From contig JAVKHP010000001.1 in assembly GCA_031459855.1 (NCBI GenBank), positions 2,702,309-2,766,308 on the forward strand: a stretch of DNA of 64,000 nt, given 5' to 3'. Positions 55,644-64,000 of this stretch are shown one piece after another (the stretch's first letter is position 1; each line of letters begins with the position of its first letter). This DNA is from Candidatus Fervidifonticultor primus. Its GTDB lineage: Bacteria > Sysuimicrobiota > Sysuimicrobiia > Sysuimicrobiales > Humicultoraceae. The notes beneath the pieces are model-generated. The model saw only the letters and a program-made list of their open reading frames with translations. It searched no databases and had not been told where the DNA came from. Both the position numbers and the translations under genes were made by a program.

Positions 55644-56633
55644 TCAGCCAGCCCGCGGCGCCGGCAGGCGCATCCGATCCCGCGGGTGCGCACGCCGGTA
55701 GACCTCGCGCAGGTGCCCGCGCGCCAGGTGCGTGTACATCTGCGTGGTGGCCACGCTGGCGTGCCCCAGCAGTTCCTGCACCGCGCGGAGGTCCGCGCCG
55801 CCTTCGAGCAGGTGCGTCGCGAACGAGTGGCGCAGCGTGTGCGGGCCCAGCCGCCGGCGCAGCCCGGCCGCCGCCGCGTAGGCCCGCAGCAGCATCCACA
55901 CGCGCTGTCGCGAGAGGCGGCCCCCGCGGGCATTGAGGAAGAGCGCCGCCGGGGCGCGGCCGCGCGCCAGGCGCGGCCGCGCCCCGCGCAGGTACTGCCG
56001 CAGCGCGCGCACCGCCGCGCTGCCGATGGGCACCACGCGCTCCCGCCCGCCCTTGCCCAGGCACCGCACGTACTCCTGGTCGAGGTGCACGTCGGCCACG
56101 TCCAGCCCCACGAGCTCGCTCACCCGCAGCCCGGCCGCATACAGCAGCTCGAGCATCGCCCGGTCGCGCACGGCCAGCGGATCCTCGCCCCGCGGCTGGG
56201 CCAGCAGGCGTTCGACCTCGTCGACCGTCAGCACGTCGGGCAGCCGCCGCGGTCGGCGCGCCGGTGTCACGTCGAGGGCGGGGTCGTCGGCGATGATGCC
56301 CTCACGGAGCAGGAACGCCGTCCACCCCCGCACGGCCGCCAGCCGCCGCGCGACCGTGCTCGGCGCGAGCCCGCGCCGGCGCGCCGCCAGCAGGTACGTG
56401 GTCAGCGTGGCCCGCCGCAGGTCCTGCGGACTCCGGGCGCCCTGCTGGGCCGCAAACGCCATGAAGTCGTCCAGGTCGCGCGCGTAGGCCTCGATCGTGC
56501 GCCGGCTCAGGCCCCGTTCGGTGAGCCCGTACGCCAGGTAGGCGTCACGCGCCGCGTCCAGCGCTGGAGGGAACGCGGGCCCCCTGCGCGTGGCGCCGGC
56601 ACGCGACCCGGCGGCTTGCGGCCGTCCCTCCAC
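55644..56633 (-). CDS. xerD: Tyrosine site-specific recombinase XerD/XerC type.
   Basis: LSRRTIEAYARDLDDFMAF...RDRAMLELLYAAGLRVSELVGL...HTLRHSFATHLLEGGADLRAVQELLGHASVATTQMYTH (R..HxxR..Y catalytic set). Start approximate (GTG about 56633). Confidence 0.85.
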   Translation of the reverse strand: MEGRPQAAGSRAGATRRGPAFPPALDAARDAYLAYGLTERGLSRRTIEAYARDLDDFMAFAAQQGARSPQDLRRATLTTYLLAARRRGLAPSTVARRLAAVRGWTAFLLREGIIADDPALDVTPARRPRRLPDVLTVDEVERLLAQPRGEDPLAVRDRAMLELLYAAGLRVSELVGLDVADVHLDQEYVRCLGKGGRERVVPIGSAAVRALRQYLRGARPRLARGRAPAALFLNARGGRLSRQRVWMLLRAYAAAAGLRRRLGPHTLRHSFATHLLEGGADLRAVQELLGHASVATTQMYTHLARGHLREVYRRAHPRDRMRLPAPRAG

Positions 56634-56722
56634 ACCACGGCCCGGCTCGGTCCCTCCGCGCCACGCCGACCCCTCCGATGCGCTGCTGCGCGCTGCCCCC
56701 GGTGTCCGGCGTTCCCGTGCGC

Positions 56723-57412
56723 TCACGGGCCCTCCGTCCTGGCAGCGCCCAGCGCGCGCAGGGCCAGCAGCAGCCCCACCAGCGACTTCCCGTCGCGGAT
56801 CCCTCCCGACGCGATCAGGGCTGGCACGCGGTCCAGGGGGACCCGTTCGACCTCCAGCCCTTCCTCGCCCGGGTCGGCCGCCAGCACGTGGGGATGGAGG
56901 TCTTCTGCCAGGTACACCGTGATGGCTTCGGTCAACACCCCTGGCGACGGGAAGTACGTGGCCAGCGGCGTCAGACGGCCAGCCCGCATGCCGACCTCCT
57001 CGGCCAGCTCGCGCTGGGCGCACTGGTCCGGTGATTCGCCGGGCTCGAGCGTGCCCGCGGGGATCTCTAGCAGGAAGGCCTCCACCGCTTTGCGGTACTG
57101 GCGCACCATGAGCACATGGCCATCACCCGTCACGGGCACGACGGCCGTGGCGCCAGGGTGCTCCACCACCTCGCGCACGACAACGCGGCCGCTCCCCAGG
57201 CGCACGTCGTCGACGCGCACCGCGACCACCCGTCCCCGGAACACCAGACGCGAGGCGACCGTGGGCTCGGCGCTGTCTCCAGCGCCGAGGTCGCTCCTGG
57301 CCGCGGGATCGCGGTGCCCTCCGGTGTGGCCGCCGGCCTCGCTGCGCTCCACCTCCTGCCCCCTGCTGCCAGGACCTGCGGGTCCAGACGGCCGCGCTGC
57401 GCCCCCGGTCAC
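56723..57412 (-). CDS. NUDIX hydrolase (ADP-ribose pyrophosphatase-like).
   Basis: Nudix box GTLEPGESPDQCAQRELAEEVG (GX5EX7REUXEEXGU). GTGA overlap with the ilvE stop supports the start at 57412. Confidence 0.8.
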   Translation of the reverse strand: MTGGAARPSGPAGPGSRGQEVERSEAGGHTGGHRDPAARSDLGAGDSAEPTVASRLVFRGRVVAVRVDDVRLGSGRVVVREVVEHPGATAVVPVTGDGHVLMVRQYRKAVEAFLLEIPAGTLEPGESPDQCAQRELAEEVGMRAGRLTPLATYFPSPGVLTEAITVYLAEDLHPHVLAADPGEEGLEVERVPLDRVPALIASGGIRDGKSLVGLLLALRALGAARTEGP

Positions 57413-58308
57413 CGTCGCCCCGGCGCCTCCTCGGCGTAGACCGGCGTGCCGCTGCGGCGCACCAGCTCACGGAACGCCTGCGTGAGGCGACGGGTGATGG
57501 GACCCGGGCGGCCGTCGCCGATCGGCCGCCCGTCCACCTCCACGACCGGCGCGATCTCCGCCCCCGTCCCGGTGAGGAAACACTCGTCGGCGGTGTAGAC
57601 GTCGTGCAGGGTGAAGACGCCCTCGGCCGCGGGCAGGCCGGCCTCCCGGGCCAGGTCCAGCACCGCGTCGCGCGTGATGCCCGCCAGCAGCCCCAGGTGC
57701 GCCGCCGGGGTCTGCACCTGCCCGCCGGTGACGATGAACACGTTGTCGGCGCTGCACTCACAGACGTAGCCGTCGGCGGTCAGCATGAGCGCTTCGTCGA
57801 CCCCCGCGCGGTTCGCCTCCAGGCGCGCCAGGATGTTGTTCAGGTAGTTGAGCGACTTGATCCGGCCGTTGAGCGCATCGGGCGCGGGCCGGCGGACGCT
57901 GGCGGTGACCATGCGCAGGCCGCGGGCGTACGCCTCGGCCGGGTACAGGCGGATCGCATCCACGATGATGACCACCGTGGGCTGCGGGCACTTGCGCGGG
58001 TCGATCCCCAGGTCGCCCACCCCGCGGCTGACCACCGGGCGGATGTAGGCGTCCCGCAACCCGCTGGCCCGGACCGTCTCGAGCACCGCGGCCCGCAACG
58101 CGTCCCGGTCCAGGGGGATCTCCAGCATGATCGCTTTGGCCGAGGCGTACAGGCGGTCGAGGTGCTCTTCCAGACGGAAGATCCGGCCGTCGTAGACGCG
58201 GATCCCTTCGAACACGCCGTCGCCGTACAGGAAGCCGTGGTCGAAGACCGACACCACGGCTTGGTCCTTGGACACGATCCGACCGTTGACGTACACCGCT
58301 GTGCTCAT
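57409..58308 (-). CDS. ilvE: Branched-chain amino acid aminotransferase (class IV PLP).
   Basis: VFDHGFLYGDGVFEGIRVY...FLTGTGAEIAPVVEVDGRPIG. Confidence 0.9.
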   Translation of the reverse strand: MSTAVYVNGRIVSKDQAVVSVFDHGFLYGDGVFEGIRVYDGRIFRLEEHLDRLYASAKAIMLEIPLDRDALRAAVLETVRASGLRDAYIRPVVSRGVGDLGIDPRKCPQPTVVIIVDAIRLYPAEAYARGLRMVTASVRRPAPDALNGRIKSLNYLNNILARLEANRAGVDEALMLTADGYVCECSADNVFIVTGGQVQTPAAHLGLLAGITRDAVLDLAREAGLPAAEGVFTLHDVYTADECFLTGTGAEIAPVVEVDGRPIGDGRPGPITRRLTQAFRELVRRSGTPVYAEEAPGRR

Positions 58309-58490
58309 CTGCTCCCTCCTCAGCCCGTCCGCTCACTCCCGGTCGAAGGCCACGCAAGGACACGGGCCCGCGCGTGGACAGCGACGAGCGATAGCGTCGG
58401 CGGCTACACGGCCACCGCGGGCGCGGGTACGCCGTCGCCGCCTCGTGCGGCCCCGTCGGCAGCATCCAGCGCCGCCGTGCGGCCCCGCCG

Positions 58491-61115
<2,625 letters not shown>

Positions 61116-61119
<4 letters not shown>

Positions 61120-61913
61120 CGCCCGGCCTCCCCCGCAGCCGGCGGCGCCACCACCCGCGCGATCTCCTCGTCCAGATCCTCGGCGGCCTGACCCGGGGCG
61201 TTGTGCACCAGCAGAAAGAACTCGCGGTTGCCCTTCGGACCCACGAGCGGGGAGGCTACGACCCTCACGGGCGACAGCCCCAGTGCCCGGATGCCAGCCG
61301 CCGTGGCGCGCAGCACCTGGGCGTGCACCGTGGGACTGCGCACGACGCCCTTGCGCGCGGCGCGCGGCCCGGCTTCGAACTGCGGCTTCACCAGTACCAC
61401 CAGCAGGCCACCGGGCCGCACGAGCCGGCTGACCGCCGGCAGCACCTTGAGCACCGAGATGAACGAGACGTCCACGGTGGCCAGGTCGGCCGCCTCGGGG
61501 ATGTCGTCGGGGCGCAGGCGCGCGGCGTGCCGCCCCTCCAGCACCACGACCCGCGGGTCCTGGCGCAGGCGCCAGTGCAACACCCCACGGCCCACGTCGA
61601 CGGCGTACACGCGCCGGGCGCCGCGCTGCAGCAGGCAGTCGGTGAACCCGCCCGTAGACGCGCCCACGTCGATCGCCACACGGCCGGCCACGTCGATCCC
61701 GAACGCGTCCAGCGCGGCGGCCAGCTTGACCCCGCCGCGGCTCACGAACTGCGCCCCGGCGCGGCGCTCGAGCACCGCCGTGGGCGCGACCAGCGCCCCC
61801 GGCTTGTCGATCCGCCGGCCGTCCACGTAGACCTCGCCGGCGCGGATCGCTGCCTCGGCCTGGTGGCGGCTGGCGGCGAGCCCGCGGGCCACCACGAGGA
61901 CGTCCAGCCGCAC
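61116..61913 (-). CDS. tlyA: TlyA family rRNA (cytidine-2'-O)-methyltransferase (hemolysin A-like).
   Basis: S4 domain (RLDVLVVARGLAASRHQAEAAIRAGEVYVDG) plus FtsJ-like MTase (DVGASTGGFTDCLL...VKPQFE). The start may lie further upstream in the same frame. Confidence 0.78.
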
Positions 61914-62121
61914 CCGCTCGCGTCGCCGCGGGCTGCCCGCCGCAGCGGGCTGCCCGGTCGCCGCCGCAGCCTCGTCCGCTGCGCGTCGGACTGCGGCCAC
62001 CGCAGCCGGCCCGGTGCCCCTCGCGGTCTGCGCGCATGCCATCACGCCACGGGCTCCAACAAGTCCAACGGGATGCGGGCGAGCCCCTCCACAGTGCGCG
62101 GTCGCCGCGGCGGATCGCCCG

Positions 62122-63018
62122 TCACGCCTCACGCTCCAACAGGACGAGGGCGAGGTCGGTCAGCAGACGCGCCGCCGGCCCCCACCCGGCCAGGGCCGCC
62201 ACCGCCCGGGCGGTTTCCTCGCGCGCGATCGCACGCGAGCGCTCCACGCCGAACGCCGCCGGGAAGGTGAGCTTCGCCCTCGCCGCATCGGTCCGGGTGT
62301 CCTTGCCCAGCCGGGAGGCCTCACCGGCCTCGTCGAGGATGTCGTCGACCACCTGGAACGCCAGCCCCAGGTGCTCGCCGTAGGCGGTCAGGTCCTCCAG
62401 CTGGCGCGCGCTGGCGGCAGCCAGCAGCCCCCCGGCGCGTACACATGCCCGGATGAGGGCGGCGGTCTTCCAGCGGTGGATCTCGTAGACCCCACGCTGG
62501 CGATCCCCGGGCCAGTCGGCCCACCGGGCCAGCTCGGGACGTCCCTCGCCAAGGAGGTCGAGCACCTGCCCGCCGACCATGCCCTGGGTGCCGATCGCCT
62601 CGGCGATCTCCTCGATGACGCGCAGCGCCCGCACCGGCCCCACGCGCTCGGCGTTGCGCGCCAGCAGCTGGAACGCCAGGGCGTGCAGGGCGTCGCCGGC
62701 AAGCACCGCCAGCGCTTCCCCGAACGCCACGTGGCAGGTGGGCCGGCCGCGCCGCCAGAGCGAGTCGTCCATGGAGGGCAGGTCGTCGTGGATGAGCGAG
62801 TAGGTGTGGATCAACTCGACCGCGCACGCGGTCGGCAGGGCGTCGTCGACGCGTCCCCCCGTCGCTTCACACGCGGCCAGGACCAGCAACGGCCGCAGCC
62901 GCTTCCCGCCCGCGAAGACGCTGTAGCGCATGGCGGCGTGCAACGGGGTCGGGAGTGCCGTCTCGGGCGGGAGGGCGGCCGCCAGAGCATCCTCCACCAG
63001 ACGGCCGCGACTGGCCAT
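62122..63018 (-). CDS. ispA: Polyprenyl diphosphate synthase (farnesyl / geranylgeranyl diphosphate synthase, IspA-like).
   Basis: GKRLRPLLVLAA...first DDxxD (IHDDLPSMDD) and second (QVVDDILD) motifs. Start uncertain (ATG 63018 or 63069). Confidence 0.8.
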   Translation of the reverse strand: MASRGRLVEDALAAALPPETALPTPLHAAMRYSVFAGGKRLRPLLVLAACEATGGRVDDALPTACAVELIHTYSLIHDDLPSMDDSLWRRGRPTCHVAFGEALAVLAGDALHALAFQLLARNAERVGPVRALRVIEEIAEAIGTQGMVGGQVLDLLGEGRPELARWADWPGDRQRGVYEIHRWKTAALIRACVRAGGLLAAASARQLEDLTAYGEHLGLAFQVVDDILDEAGEASRLGKDTRTDAARAKLTFPAAFGVERSRAIAREETARAVAALAGWGPAARLLTDLALVLLEREA

Positions 63019-63061
63019 GTAGGCCTGCAGGTCGAGCGTCACCCCAGAAGGCGAGGGCTGG

Positions 63062-63361
63062 TCACCCATCGGCGCCAATGCCAAAGCCGCGCGCGCCCGT
63101 CGGCGGCTCCCACCGTGTCTCCACGCCGGTGACGACTGCGCCGGCCGGTCCCCGCTCGACGAGGCGCAGCAACGTCTCGACCGCGGCCTGTGGCCCCTCG
63201 GCGACCAGCTCGACCCGCCCATCGGGGAGGTTGCGGACCCACCCCGCGAGGCCCAGCTCGCGGGCGTGACGGACCACGAAGAAGCGGAACCCGACGCCCT
63301 GCACCCGGCCGCGCACCCAGACGTGCGCTCGCACCGGCCGGCCCGCAGGCGCCGCGTCCAT
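63062..63361 (-). CDS. acyP: Acylphosphatase.
   Basis: VRGRVQGVGFRFFVVRHARELGLAGWVRNLPDGRVELVAEG is the acylphosphatase signature. Its ATG overlaps the nusB stop. Confidence 0.8.
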   Translation of the reverse strand: MDAAPAGRPVRAHVWVRGRVQGVGFRFFVVRHARELGLAGWVRNLPDGRVELVAEGPQAAVETLLRLVERGPAGAVVTGVETRWEPPTGARGFGIGADG

Positions 63362-63801
63362 CACCGCTCTGGCGGCGTGCCCGCGGCCGCCACGCCCGCC
63401 CGCACCAGGGCGCCCAGCACGCCGTTGACGAACGGCGCCGAGGCCTCGGTCCCGTAGCGCTTGGCGAGCTCCACGGCCTCGCTGATCGCCACGCCCGGCG
63501 GCGTCGCCAGGCTGCGCAGCTCGTACAGCGCCATGCGCAAGATGGTGCGGTCGACGCTGGCCAGCCGATCGATGGTCCAGCCCTCGAGGTAGGGTGCCAG
63601 GAGCGCGTCCAGGTCGGCGGTGTGCGCCGCCACCCCGCGGGCCAGCTGCTCGATGAACGGCCAGTCGGCTCCCGGATGCTGGTCGCGGGCGTTGCGCAAC
63701 GCCTCGTCGATGGGTAGCCGCCCCACGTCGTGCTGGAAGAGCACCTGCAGCGCGACGTCCCGTGCCCTTCGCCGGCGCGCGCGCAGCGGGGGCCGCCTCA
63801 T
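63361..63801 (-). CDS. nusB: Transcription antitermination factor NusB.
   Basis: N-terminal Arg-rich motif MRRPPLRARRRRARDVALQVLFQ as in E. coli NusB KPAARRRARE, then the NusB helical core. ATG at 63801. Confidence 0.85.
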   Translation of the reverse strand: MRRPPLRARRRRARDVALQVLFQHDVGRLPIDEALRNARDQHPGADWPFIEQLARGVAAHTADLDALLAPYLEGWTIDRLASVDRTILRMALYELRSLATPPGVAISEAVELAKRYGTEASAPFVNGVLGALVRAGVAAAGTPPER

Positions 63802-63965
63802 GCGCGCCCCACGCGGCCGCCCGCCTGGCCCAGCCGCGCGCCCGCCGTCCGCACGCCGTCCAAGCCCCCGGCGGCGGGCTCGGGACGAGGACCGCGCCGT
63901 CGGCCGGCGACCCGGCACGCGATCGGCGACGCGGCAACCCGTCGTCGGTGGCCCTGCACGCCGCT

Positions 63966-63994
63966 ATTGTACCAACGCCCTGCGGCGGCGGGAA
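63966..63994 (-). promoter_or_regulatory. Weak candidate promoter TTCCCG-N17-TACAAT with an extended -10 TGGTACAAT, far (about 158 nt) upstream of nusB.
   Basis: Minus strand reads ggTTCCCGccgccgcagggcgTTGGTACAATagc. Same TGGTACAAT core as the rpmB promoter. Confidence 0.3.
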
Positions 63995-64000
63995 CCGATG

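Noticed and set aside
58309-58490. 180-nt ilvE upstream region inspected for a T-box or other leader RNA.
   Set aside because: No T-box sequence (AATTAGGGTGGNACCGCG-like) and no specifier/antiterminator arrangement recognisable. Only an RBS and a weak TTGCGT -35-like hexamer without a -10.

Overview
High-GC (~72%) bacterial chromosomal window, densely packed with genes, almost all on the minus strand. Gene order is Firmicutes-like despite the GC content: secDF-recJ-rel-dtd; rsmD-coaD-yceD-rpmF-fabH-fabD-fabG-acpP-fabF-rnc; nusB...ispA-tlyA-nadK-pyrG; xerD-deoB-punA-pdp. That is reminiscent of Thermaerobacter or Symbiobacterium-type genomes, which is inference only. I see about 70 protein genes, no rRNA or tRNA, no CRISPR and no intact mobile element. 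The six-frame track is full of long spurious antisense and out-of-frame ORFs, as expected at this GC. I called genes by recognisable protein families read directly from the translations, and refined starts using RBS, gene overlaps and expected family lengths. Five things stand out. (1) recJ is fused in frame to a HIRAN domain and a catalytically degenerate RecQ-like helicase core with an RQC-like tail, about 1170 aa. (2) A fatty-acid/valine-type operon encodes acyl-CoA dehydrogenase, EtfB, EtfA, a membrane Fe-S EtfD-like ETF dehydrogenase, and a split B12 mutase whose substrate-specificity residues (Phe, Gln) match isobutyryl-CoA mutase rather than methylmalonyl-CoA mutase. (3) A clear TPP riboswitch with its own promoter drives an orphan PhnD-family periplasmic binding protein followed by thiE-thiL-thiD. 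(4) Several near-consensus sigma70 promoters are visible as rare AT islands; two share TTGACACTGCA-N13-TATAAT and others use TACAAT or TATCAT -10 boxes. (5) There are several small tandem or direct repeats at gene 3' ends (trmI, etfB, dtd) and a repeat structure upstream of recJ. A paaABCD gene set without paaE or downstream paa genes is also present. All coordinates carry +/-1-3 nt uncertainty. Starts that were shifted relative to the ORF track are flagged in the evidence fields.
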